Positions 26,160-34,372 of a DNA stretch of 34,372 bases are shown in pieces. Position numbers and translations under genes: made by a program. The stretch's first letter is position 1. Each line of letters opens with the position of its first letter. The stretch comes from a virus (lineage: Duplodnaviria; Caudoviricetes): IMG/VR virus record IMGVR_UViG_3300020043_001358, positions 1-34,372 of that record; one strand, written 5' to 3'. The notes beneath the pieces were generated by a model that saw nothing but the letters and a program-made list of their open reading frames with translations, made no database searches and was not told where the DNA came from.

Positions 26160-26453
26160 TTATTTTAATACCTCTAATACTACTGCATCAATCAAAGCTG
26201 CATTTAATTCTGAATAGTCAACTCTAAAGCTATTGCCTGATTCATCTGAATAATCTGCAAACATATCATTGAAGATACTGATTACTCTATAGTCAGAAGT
26301 CGCTGGATTGTCAGCTGGTTTTTTAGAATAAAGGTCATCAACCAATGCTTGTACTCCGACAATTGAATCAGTAGCTACCTTCTTATTTTCTGTATCTGTA
26401 ATTACTTGAGTCTCTCCGTACCCAAATATGTGTAATGTGTTGTAAATTGCCAT
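26160..26453 (-). CDS. Small protein after the tail fibre (possible fibre chaperone)
   Basis: Position only. Confidence 0.55.
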   Translation of the reverse strand: MAIYNTLHIFGYGETQVITDTENKKVATDSIVGVQALVDDLYSKKPADNPATSDYRVISIFNDMFADYSDESGNSFRVDYSELNAALIDAVVLEVLK

Positions 26454-26463
26454 AGTCTATTTA

Positions 26464-27804
26464 TTAAGCGTAAATTACCTCTGTAGTTTCTATTACCGCA
26501 GTCCACTGAATGTTAGTGGCTAATGCTCCTGTTACTTCTACTTTTAATCCTCCGTTTGTTGTGTCAGCTGTAAGTGCAGGAGTTCCCCATGCAGGAACAT
26601 TGCTAACTACATTTACGTTCCCTACCACTAAAGTTGTAGCTGCTGCATTTGCTCCTCTAACTATAAGTCCATCAACATCCCAAGCAGAAGTGTTTGTGCT
26701 ACCTGATTGTTTTCCTATAATAGTCCCTTTAAATCTATATGCTGATTGGTTAGATAGAATTACTTGATTAGTAGTGGCTGCTACTGTTGCAGAATCAGTA
26801 GATACTATTGTAGTGGTTGCATCTGTTGTTCTATTTCTCAATACAAATTTAGAATACTGAGCATCACCAGGAGTTCCTTCTTGTCCACTTGCATATGATT
26901 GTCTACCAATTACTGAATTCACAGATGCTTGTAATCCAAATGCAAAACCATTTTGAGAATTAGCAATATTACTCCTTCCTATTGCTATAGCATTACTTTG
27001 ATTAGAAGTATTTAAATATCCTATAGCAACTGCATATGCTGCACTGGATGTATTTGATGCTCCTATTGAAACTGTACTTGCAGCACTTGCTGTGCAGCTT
27101 TCTCCGATTGCAATTGACCTATCTGATGTAGATGTGCAATTAAAACCTAATGATATAGAAGAGTCACCCGATGCCGTATTTGCTCTTTGCAATGCAAGAG
27201 ACCAGTTCCCAGTAGATACGCAGCCTTGACCAGTGCTTGTTGAATATGAACCATCTGCTCTATTATTCGCACCCGCACTAAAGGATGATGCTCCACTCGA
27301 TACTTGATTGGCGTTTGCTCTACTCGTTTGTAAGTCAACCGCATTTGCACCTCTCTTATTACCTCCAGTTGTTGTATTGTCAGGAATAGCTAAAATAAAT
27401 GCACCCGTTCCTTTAGGTCTTATTGCCGCATCAGCATTTGTTGTACTTGCAGCAGCTGTTAAACTATCAACGTATACCGTACCATTTGGGGCAGCAGTTG
27501 TTTCAGCTTCAGTGAAGTTAGTCAAACCTCCAGCTGATGGTACTGCCCAAGTTCCATCACCTCTCAAAAACTTTGCAGTGTCATTAGGTGCCTTTGGTGC
27601 AAATCCGTGTTTTGCCGTACTCACATCATTTGTAGTGATGTCAGATGTAGTCATATTAGCATCAGTTACCAATGCCTTGATATTCGCACCGGTTACACTG
27701 CGAGATGTGTATAAACCTCCTCCAGCTGATTGAGATACCTCAACTAGATCAGTATCTGCTATTGTTGCCCCTTTAGCCGTTAAGCCTGATATCTTTACTC
27801 CCAT
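26464..27804 (-). CDS. Tail fibre / receptor-binding protein with YadA-head-like repeats
   Basis: MGVKISGLT, KFLRGDGTWAVP, RGANAVDLQ and about 14-aa repeats (SIAIG, AVAIG, AIAIG). Confidence 0.8.
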   Translation of the reverse strand: MGVKISGLTAKGATIADTDLVEVSQSAGGGLYTSRSVTGANIKALVTDANMTTSDITTNDVSTAKHGFAPKAPNDTAKFLRGDGTWAVPSAGGLTNFTEAETTAAPNGTVYVDSLTAAASTTNADAAIRPKGTGAFILAIPDNTTTGGNKRGANAVDLQTSRANANQVSSGASSFSAGANNRADGSYSTSTGQGCVSTGNWSLALQRANTASGDSSISLGFNCTSTSDRSIAIGESCTASAASTVSIGASNTSSAAYAVAIGYLNTSNQSNAIAIGRSNIANSQNGFAFGLQASVNSVIGRQSYASGQEGTPGDAQYSKFVLRNRTTDATTTIVSTDSATVAATTNQVILSNQSAYRFKGTIIGKQSGSTNTSAWDVDGLIVRGANAAATTLVVGNVNVVSNVPAWGTPALTADTTNGGLKVEVTGALATNIQWTAVIETTEVIYA

Positions 27805-27807
27805 GTC

Positions 27808-27945
27808 TTATTCTATTATTCGTTGTTGATTGTCTTCCATTACTCTGTTTACTCCATCTTCAGTGAGTCTGTTGAATATCTCACCAGCTGCCTTTACAGC
27901 AGTAGTGATGCTATTCAATATCATTGAGAATCCGTATCCGTACAT
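27808..27945 (-). CDS. Small tail protein, 45 aa (MYGYGFSMILNS...RLTEDGVNRVMEDNQQRIIE)
   Basis: Translated by hand; TAATG overlap with the upstream gene. Confidence 0.75.
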   Translation of the reverse strand: MYGYGFSMILNSITTAVKAAGEIFNRLTEDGVNRVMEDNQQRIIE

Positions 27946-28211
27946 TACAAGATGATTGCTACAGATCCGCTAGTCAAGTCTACAGCTGAAAATTTGCGAG
28001 CACCAGTACATCTAATCATTGCTCCAGCTTTTACCGCTGTGCCTGGTGTTGTAATTAACTCAGCTTTGATGTCAACTCCAGCTACCTTGATGCTTGCAAA
28101 TACAGTGTCCTCAAGGACAAAGATTGCATCAAATGTTGTTACTTTCTCAGTGGTGTCATTCACTATCACTGTTCCTTGGCTTGCCACCAATATCTCTTCC
28201 CAAATTGCCAT
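27945..28211 (-). CDS. Small beta-rich tail protein
   Basis: Ends in AVDLTSGSVAIIL; tightly packed in the tail module. Confidence 0.7.
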   Translation of the reverse strand: MAIWEEILVASQGTVIVNDTTEKVTTFDAIFVLEDTVFASIKVAGVDIKAELITTPGTAVKAGAMIRCTGARKFSAVDLTSGSVAIIL

Positions 28212-28213
28212 AT

Positions 28214-30616
28214 CTATTGTGTTATTCTAGTTATATTATCTTCTGTTATTCTTGTCTGAGCTCCAGCTGTAAACTTACCTTCTGTTTCTCTAAAGTTACC
28301 TTTGTCAGGGAGATATGGTATCTCAATATCAAAAGTTTGGATACTCTCCCCTTCTATTATGCGAATTAGTTCCACTAATGTGGTGTTATCCTTTCCACTA
28401 TCAAAGTCAGATACCTTCTGAAGTCTATAAACTACCCCATCAATGTTGATGAGATCCTTAAAATTAAGCATGTTGATCATGCTGTTATCTATCTTGATAT
28501 AGCATGTTAATAACTTTCCGAATCTAGATATCACCTCCTTAATGTATCTCTCATGATAATGGAATAAGTTATTAGTAGTGTATGCCGCATCTTGATAGTA
28601 AACATAATCAGGCACCCCAAAATTGAAGTCAAAGGTAGGTGATGTCAGACTATTGAGATGGCCCACATACGGATAGCTTCCCTCAGTAGTGGCAATACCA
28701 TCCTCATCAATATATTCCCATGTAGCTGATGTCATTGGTCCGAGCTGCACAAGGAATGGTTTACCTTTCTTGATAGCTATAGCTGATGTACCATCTTGCT
28801 CAGTCTTCACCTGGAATGACCTTGGCACAATGATATTGGTGAAGGTAGTCTCATCTACTGGAATATTGACCAGCAGCTTCTGTGAGAATGGTAGCTTGAA
28901 TTCAGTGGTATTCTTAGCGAATTGATTCTGTGAATCTAAGCTGAATGCACCATACTGCTTCCGTACATCTTGTGCATAATTGAAGTTGTAGTAGTCATCA
29001 TCTTGCTCAAATACAAAGTTATAGGTATTGCTTGCAAAGTTGATGGTAGGAGTCACCTTATAATCTCTGCTATAGTCAACTAGATGAGTCCAGTTGAGTG
29101 CATCAGCTGATGAATTATAGAAGTCATCCATTGGCTCAATCTCAAGGATGGTGTTATCATCAACATTAGGCTTTACATATAGATTAAATGCCGTAGTAAT
29201 TCCCTTGAAGAATGTGGCACAATCCATTGTAGGCAGAAAGTTGTCAAGCAAGATAGTTCCGCCTGGCTCAAGTGATTGCTCAGATAGAACTATATTAAGA
29301 TCCGCTGTGTTGCTTGTGATGTTGGTATTCAATGAGAATGCTGTAGGAATATCATCAGCCTCAACAGATGAATCGTAAACATTCCACACTAGAACAAATT
29401 TAAGCTCATCATTGAACGTCACAAACACATCTCTGCTGTAGTCAAAGCTGATAGTAGCTGAATAGTCACCAGTTCCATTATCAAAGAATCCTTGATATAC
29501 CTCATCTTGAGATATCACAAATCCATTCTTGTATATCTTTAGCAATAGCTTAAACCTGATCCATGTATCCACAAGGTTGGCCCCAGTGATTGTAAAGTCA
29601 AGATTCAAATCATGATCACCGACATAGTTGATTCTCATTATGCCTTCAGTAGCTGATACAAAGCGCATGAATGTAGCAGCATTCTCAATCTGTCCAGCTG
29701 GATCAGATGTCACTGTACTATTGTACGCATCAGTTGCAACTGTGTTCTGTAGGTCAGCTCTTCTGTTGCCGCCAAATACCAAAGCCCATCCACTAGATAA
29801 TGGGATGTCTGCATTGATGACATGACCGCTGGTACCATTGTCCTCTGTAGTATAGACTGACAAGGCAAGTGAATCAGCTGCTGTGATTCTTGGCAATGAT
29901 CCACCCTCAAAGGCCATAAGCATTCTCTTGAATGTCTGACTCTCAAGGAAAGCTGAGGACCATGTGATGCCGCAGTAATCAAATGCTTTCTTCAAGATGT
30001 CATAACAGAATACTTGTGGTGGAATATGCTCCACACCAAACGCATCTGCTGATGGCCTATTATATCCGTAGTCAATCAGTCCATAGTAGTAACCTAATCC
30101 ATCCCAGTTGGCTCCAGTCTTGTTGCTTGTTGGTACACCATTCACCTGAATAGTACCGGACCATGAATTCTCTTGATTTGCCTTAGTCAGTGTATGTGTG
30201 TATTCTGCCCATGACAGCTCATTGATTCTGATCTTAGATAGAAGTCCAATGTAGTCAATAGTCTCTGAGATCATGATGATAGAGAATCTCCACATGCCAC
30301 CCATCCAGCTGCACTCAGTCAGCTGACAGATACCATTGAACTGCAATAGGCCTTGATCATAATATCTAGCTGTGGCCTTGACCGATGGATCAAAGTTAAG
30401 GAAGGCACTCTGATTGTCAAGCACTGGCTCAGATGCTGTCAAACTGAATACTTGATACATCAGATATGTGTTTATCTTGGTACCAGGTAATGTGATAGTC
30501 TTGGAATTATTCCCTTTCCTACTGGATAAATCTCTGACATCACTGATATTGTATGTCAATGGGAATGGCAGCCTTTCATCAAGGTCAACTCTGATATCAT
30601 TGATGTATAGCTCCAT
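28214..30616 (-). CDS. Tail tip / baseplate hub-like protein
   Basis: LTYNISDVRDLSSRKGNNSKTITLPGTKIN N-terminus and YRLQKVSDF...TLVELIR C-terminus. Confidence 0.7.
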   Translation of the reverse strand: MELYINDIRVDLDERLPFPLTYNISDVRDLSSRKGNNSKTITLPGTKINTYLMYQVFSLTASEPVLDNQSAFLNFDPSVKATARYYDQGLLQFNGICQLTECSWMGGMWRFSIIMISETIDYIGLLSKIRINELSWAEYTHTLTKANQENSWSGTIQVNGVPTSNKTGANWDGLGYYYGLIDYGYNRPSADAFGVEHIPPQVFCYDILKKAFDYCGITWSSAFLESQTFKRMLMAFEGGSLPRITAADSLALSVYTTEDNGTSGHVINADIPLSSGWALVFGGNRRADLQNTVATDAYNSTVTSDPAGQIENAATFMRFVSATEGIMRINYVGDHDLNLDFTITGANLVDTWIRFKLLLKIYKNGFVISQDEVYQGFFDNGTGDYSATISFDYSRDVFVTFNDELKFVLVWNVYDSSVEADDIPTAFSLNTNITSNTADLNIVLSEQSLEPGGTILLDNFLPTMDCATFFKGITTAFNLYVKPNVDDNTILEIEPMDDFYNSSADALNWTHLVDYSRDYKVTPTINFASNTYNFVFEQDDDYYNFNYAQDVRKQYGAFSLDSQNQFAKNTTEFKLPFSQKLLVNIPVDETTFTNIIVPRSFQVKTEQDGTSAIAIKKGKPFLVQLGPMTSATWEYIDEDGIATTEGSYPYVGHLNSLTSPTFDFNFGVPDYVYYQDAAYTTNNLFHYHERYIKEVISRFGKLLTCYIKIDNSMINMLNFKDLINIDGVVYRLQKVSDFDSGKDNTTLVELIRIIEGESIQTFDIEIPYLPDKGNFRETEGKFTAGAQTRITEDNITRITQ

Positions 30617-31828
30617 CTATCCTAATTGTGAAATGTAGGTGTATGTTCTATCTATCTGAACAGCCTCTTGAATAAGACCAGCTTTTCTCCTTTGCTTGAG
30701 TAGGTAGTTAGCATTGGTCACGTTCACTGGCTCAAATACTGATGTGCCAAAATCATTCTGCAAATAAACTCTTGGTGATTCATATAGATCCCTAACTAGC
30801 CATTGTTGCACCTCCTCATGTATCCAGTCTGAATTCAAAATCAGCTTGTCTTGAACGCTTTTACTGACAGTCATCTGATGACCATCACTCAAATCATATT
30901 CATAGCTGCTGCCTACCCATTGACCAGTTCTTTTGCTGTATCTGTTTGATGTCACATCAGAGCTATCCTCAGATAATAAAGTGAATGTAAAGCTATCCCA
31001 TGCTCCATACTTATTGAGCCAAATCAATCTACGTCTTGAATATGCGCTGCATGACTGATCGTAATATATTGTATAAATTTCTGAATCTTTGCCAGGTGTA
31101 GCAGTCTGCTTTAATTGGATGGTATAGTAGTAACAGTTGTCAAAGTCTGATGCCACCAATGATGTGCCATCTACCAATACAGATGGGCCTACACTAACCA
31201 AAGGTATTATAAGACCAGTTCCAAGTGCTCCAATCCATGTAGCTGATGTGATCAAGGTACCACTGATATTGTATAGACTCACATATCCAGTACAGTTATC
31301 TCCACCACTATTGATGATTGATAGATACTTTGCCTCTGAATAAGATACTAGATCCTTTCTATTTCTAGGAAAGTCAGTTAAAAATAAGTCACCTTTGCCA
31401 CCAGTATCAAGGTCATAATCTTGATAATCCCATCCACCAGTAGTTGCATTCGCATATCTGAATGATCCATTTAAAAAAATGATTCCACTGGTTGCCTCTG
31501 CTGATGCAATGATGACCTCAGCTGGTGTGCCATATCTCTCATAAATTAGTAATGACCAAACATACTCAGTTAAAAGCTCTTGTCCTAATGTAGCTTGTTC
31601 AGGATAGTTATTATTCAAGACAGCTCTACCAAGTGCCGATATATTAAACTTGCCAGCATCCCCATTCTCAGGGAATACTTGATGCGTTGAATTTAAACCG
31701 CCATTGATATATACCTCAACAGTGAATGAGAAGTTAGCTTGTCCAGTATTGTCTGATTCAAAGGTCCATTCCACATTATTGCAGATAGGCCAGAATGGCA
31801 TTGGCTCATCTATTATCGTTATTGCCAT
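30617..31828 (-). CDS. Tail protein (distal-tail-like)
   Basis: WLNKYGAWDSFTF...LNSDWI...DLYESPRVY. Confidence 0.65.
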   Translation of the reverse strand: MAITIIDEPMPFWPICNNVEWTFESDNTGQANFSFTVEVYINGGLNSTHQVFPENGDAGKFNISALGRAVLNNNYPEQATLGQELLTEYVWSLLIYERYGTPAEVIIASAEATSGIIFLNGSFRYANATTGGWDYQDYDLDTGGKGDLFLTDFPRNRKDLVSYSEAKYLSIINSGGDNCTGYVSLYNISGTLITSATWIGALGTGLIIPLVSVGPSVLVDGTSLVASDFDNCYYYTIQLKQTATPGKDSEIYTIYYDQSCSAYSRRRLIWLNKYGAWDSFTFTLLSEDSSDVTSNRYSKRTGQWVGSSYEYDLSDGHQMTVSKSVQDKLILNSDWIHEEVQQWLVRDLYESPRVYLQNDFGTSVFEPVNVTNANYLLKQRRKAGLIQEAVQIDRTYTYISQLG

Positions 31829-32349
31829 GTTCTTGTATTTTTAGTGAATGAAACCTGAAACATTAAACCAGTGACAGTGGCTAGATCATTTGATATCCTT
31901 TCAAGTACCTCATCACTCATCACGTTCTCAGTTATATTTCTAGGCTTGATACCATACTTGTTCTTAGTAGCTGATGCTGATGCATAGGCATGGCTCAAGT
32001 CGTATCCCTTCCATTGCTTTATAGCTAGTGCATGATTCTTTGTGACCGCTGGAAAGTTAAAGCTGTATGGAGTCTGAAATTTCTGTTGGCCTACCGGATT
32101 GACTCCTTGGTCTTGGAATTTGTAGTAGTCATCAGCTTGTATCTCAAATGACATGGCACCAGTAGGAAAGTATACTACTGATTGTGCTAGTCCTCCAGTA
32201 TTACTTACATTAGTAAGTATATACTCTTGGAATTGTGCTGTGACCTCATTGGCTAGTCCTAAGATAAACTTTTCATAAGCTGTCTCAGGCAGACTTAATT
32301 CAGTCTGAGATATACCAAGTGAATCAAGAAATTGCAGATCATCAGCCAT
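31819..32349 (-). CDS. Putative neck / tail-completion protein (HK97 gp10-like)
   Basis: NTGGLAQS, YYKFQDQGV and YGIKPR motifs. Confidence 0.55.
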   Translation of the reverse strand: MADDLQFLDSLGISQTELSLPETAYEKFILGLANEVTAQFQEYILTNVSNTGGLAQSVVYFPTGAMSFEIQADDYYKFQDQGVNPVGQQKFQTPYSFNFPAVTKNHALAIKQWKGYDLSHAYASASATKNKYGIKPRNITENVMSDEVLERISNDLATVTGLMFQVSFTKNTRTWQ

Positions 32350-32608
32350 GTCTTTGTAATATGTAATCTTGTTCCGCTTTCAGCTTGAAGTAATTCATCC
32401 AAAACAAGGTCTTCACATACGGTTGCCTCGTAATCTCATCCACATCTTTGTTAAGCTGTTGCGCCAAGTTGATGAGGATTCTGGTCCAATTAAACCACTC
32501 GCTGTCTCTAAGAGTTTCTTGTGCATTGTCTGATTCTGACTCATCAGCTTCGCTGTCTGTATTCCCAAGATAGCGAGATTCCGCCTCTCTGATTCTCGCA
32601 AAAAAAAA
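32342..32608 (-). CDS. -1 frameshift extension of the 33129 gene (88 codons; fused product about 262 aa)
   Basis: The -1 frame is open from the T9 run to TGA 32342, which overlaps the next gene start. Confidence 0.7.
   Translation of the reverse strand, partial: FFFARIREAESRYLGNTDSEADESESDNAQETLRDSEWFNWTRILINLAQQLNKDVDEITRQPYVKTLFWMNYFKLKAEQDYILQRHG
32357..32375 (-). promoter_or_regulatory. Late-gene motif, copy 5
   Basis: GGAACAAGATTACATATTA, 7 nt before ATG 32349. Confidence 0.65.
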
Positions 32609-33129
32609 GCGAAGTAATTCAAAAATTCATCACCTGGAAAGGACCTTTTAAATATCTCTTCCCTCTTTTTATTAGGATTGAGCACCTTGCCTCTGTTATC
32701 CTCTTGGCAGTATTCCATCCCCTCTTCAATGTAGCAGATAGCCAGTGCCTCACAAGGTGATTGTGATACATCATCAATCAGTTTCATGTCAATGATCTGA
32801 CCAGTCTCAATATGTGCAAAGTCACGTTCAAATCTATATCTCTGCCCTTCGATGGTTATAAATTCAGATGGCTCAGAAGTCTTGTGCTCAGCTAGCATCT
32901 TTAGCAGTGTAGTGCTGGCATGCATGATATCATCAATGTGAATCTTTCTGACCTTGTTGATTGGCAGTCCGGTGAAGATGCTCACCATCTGTGACTGAAA
33001 GTCTAGCATGTTGCTGAGTGACTTATTCGTGTTCTGAATCACTGGAGCCAGCATCAGCCATTTAGTCAACTGATCAGGAGTGCAGTCTTTGATTGTTTGT
33101 GGATAGCTTGCCTCTATTGTCTTTGTCAT
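32413..33129 (-). CDS. Putative tail assembly chaperone (0-frame product, 238 aa)
   Basis: ATGA overlap with TerL; contains a T9 slippery run at 32600-32608. Confidence 0.6.
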   Translation of the reverse strand: MTKTIEASYPQTIKDCTPDQLTKWLMLAPVIQNTNKSLSNMLDFQSQMVSIFTGLPINKVRKIHIDDIMHASTTLLKMLAEHKTSEPSEFITIEGQRYRFERDFAHIETGQIIDMKLIDDVSQSPCEALAICYIEEGMEYCQEDNRGKVLNPNKKREEIFKRSFPGDEFLNYFAFFLRESERRNLAILGIQTAKLMSQNQTMHKKLLETASGLIGPESSSTWRNSLTKMWMRLRGNRM

Positions 33130-34328
33130 GCTCTGAGTATTTTATATTGACCTCTCTTGGAATAGTTTTTCTTGCAATGCCATGCCAGTGCCAATGATAT
33201 CACACCATCATCATGAAGTCCTTGTGGTGCAGAGTATTGTACTGATCTGGTATTCGGATTGTAAATATAAGTAAAATTCTCTAGCTCATCAATCAGCCAT
33301 TGCTCATCAGCTACCTTCACATCCGATTGCTCAAAGGCCAGTGCTAGATCCTCAATGATGACTGGCTTTGTTTTGCTTGTGGTAGTGAACGGATTCACCA
33401 GGTTGCGAAGTCTACTGGATAACATCTCGTAGAAGATATCCCCTTGATTATTCACCTCTATCAATGTGACCGCTTGATATGTTCTGATGACATCAGCCAC
33501 CTTGTCAATGATCTTGTTCCACTCATCATGCCGCCATCTGTTGACATATATCATCTCACCTTTCTCGTTCAGTATTGTTAACACAGTGTAGTCATCTGCC
33601 CTACCAATGTCAAGTCCAGCATAGCACTTGCCTCCCTTGGTCCATGTGCCAGCTGATTGCCTCACGTTCTTGAATAGTCCGGATGCATTATCAATGAATT
33701 CAGCTAGGTATTCTTGTCTGAAGATATGATCAGGGAGTGACCGCTTTCTTTCCTCAAGCTCTTCAGGAGCTATCATCGGATTCTCATAGGATGTGAAGTG
33801 GATGTACTTGTACCTTGGATCATAGTTAGGCTGCATGCACAAGGTATGGAAGTGATTCTTTCCCTTGGGAGTGCTGATGAATATCACCTTCCTACCCTTC
33901 ACCATCACTGTTGCTGATAGCACCTCATTCCACAGCTCAGGTCTTGTGAAGGCCATCTCATCCACTACCATGTAATGGAATGTATTACCTCTGATATTGT
34001 CAGGCCGTTCACCACTAAAGAATTCTATTGATGATCCAAAGCCAGTGACTCTAAGATCTGACTTATTGAATTCAAATAGTCCGCTGTTCTTTGTAGCTCT
34101 TTCAAGCTCTGCGAATACTTTCTTACCTTGCTTATATACTGGAGTCACCCAAGCTATTTGACAGCCTCTATCATTGATTGCCCAGTATAGCAGCTGATTG
34201 ATTCCTAGTAAGGTCTTGCCAAACTGCCTACCGATATTTAAAGCATAGTATTTTTCTGATCCCTTGTTGATGGCATCATGGATGTGCCTCTGATTAGGAT
34301 GTGGCTTGTAGCCTTTGATTGTACTCAT
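33126..34328 (-). CDS. terL: Terminase large subunit
   Basis: Walker A GRQFGKT, Walker B MVVDEMAF, ISTPKG, nuclease GLDIGRADDYT and HDDGVISLAL. Confidence 0.95.
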   Translation of the reverse strand: MSTIKGYKPHPNQRHIHDAINKGSEKYYALNIGRQFGKTLLGINQLLYWAINDRGCQIAWVTPVYKQGKKVFAELERATKNSGLFEFNKSDLRVTGFGSSIEFFSGERPDNIRGNTFHYMVVDEMAFTRPELWNEVLSATVMVKGRKVIFISTPKGKNHFHTLCMQPNYDPRYKYIHFTSYENPMIAPEELEERKRSLPDHIFRQEYLAEFIDNASGLFKNVRQSAGTWTKGGKCYAGLDIGRADDYTVLTILNEKGEMIYVNRWRHDEWNKIIDKVADVIRTYQAVTLIEVNNQGDIFYEMLSSRLRNLVNPFTTTSKTKPVIIEDLALAFEQSDVKVADEQWLIDELENFTYIYNPNTRSVQYSAPQGLHDDGVISLALAWHCKKNYSKRGQYKILRA

Positions 34329-34372
34329 TCATCAAAGTCAAAGTTTTCAACATTCCTAGTTTCAACTTGCTG
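34252..34372. repeat. Terminal direct repeat, copy of 1..121
   Basis: Exact match to the window start. Confidence 0.97.

Noticed and set aside
27308-27733. Long antisense ORFs (also 20670..21080, 9468..9833, 21948..22256 and others)
   Set aside because: They are shadows of minus-strand genes with no independent signals.
26464-27804. Diversity-generating retroelement targeting the tail fibre
   Set aside because: No reverse transcriptase and no template/variable repeat pair were seen.
1-34372. Apparent CG scarcity and frequent AGCT/GATC, with possible composition shifts in accessory segments
   Set aside because: This is an impression only and cannot be quantified without k-mer counts.

Overview
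This window is a complete, circularly assembled genome of a tailed dsDNA phage: 34,251 bp of unique sequence plus a 121-bp terminal overlap. The host is most likely a Bacteroidota/Flavobacteria-type bacterium, inferred from TTTG-N19-TAnnTTTG promoters and AT-rich starts lacking Shine-Dalgarno sites. Nearly all genes are on the minus strand. The early block (13.2 kb to 3.5 kb) has small genes, a DnaA-domain-IV-like protein, an iterated origin, a primase-polymerase/ATPase, a VRR-NUC-like nuclease, ERF plus an exonuclease, an SSB-like protein and a sigma-like factor. A glycan-enzyme cluster follows (glycosyltransferase-like, methyltransferase, N-acetyl-sugar amidotransferase). TerS/TerL span the assembly junction, then come the tail genes, tape measure, protease, scaffold, capsid, tail tube, portal, neck genes, two fibre-like genes and lysis genes. 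The one clear plus-strand gene is Stealth-like. No integrase, tRNA or CRISPR array was seen. Signals not in the ORF track: (1) integron attC-like hairpins with no integrase, including a 106-bp micro-cassette fused in frame into a gene; (2) a 26-bp junction repeat linking an array of small genes; (3) a hidden -1 frameshift frame in the gene after TerL; (4) a GGAAC-N7-CATA motif before five late genes; (5) a kissing-loop RNA leader before the primase. All protein assignments come from motif recognition by eye; no searches were run.
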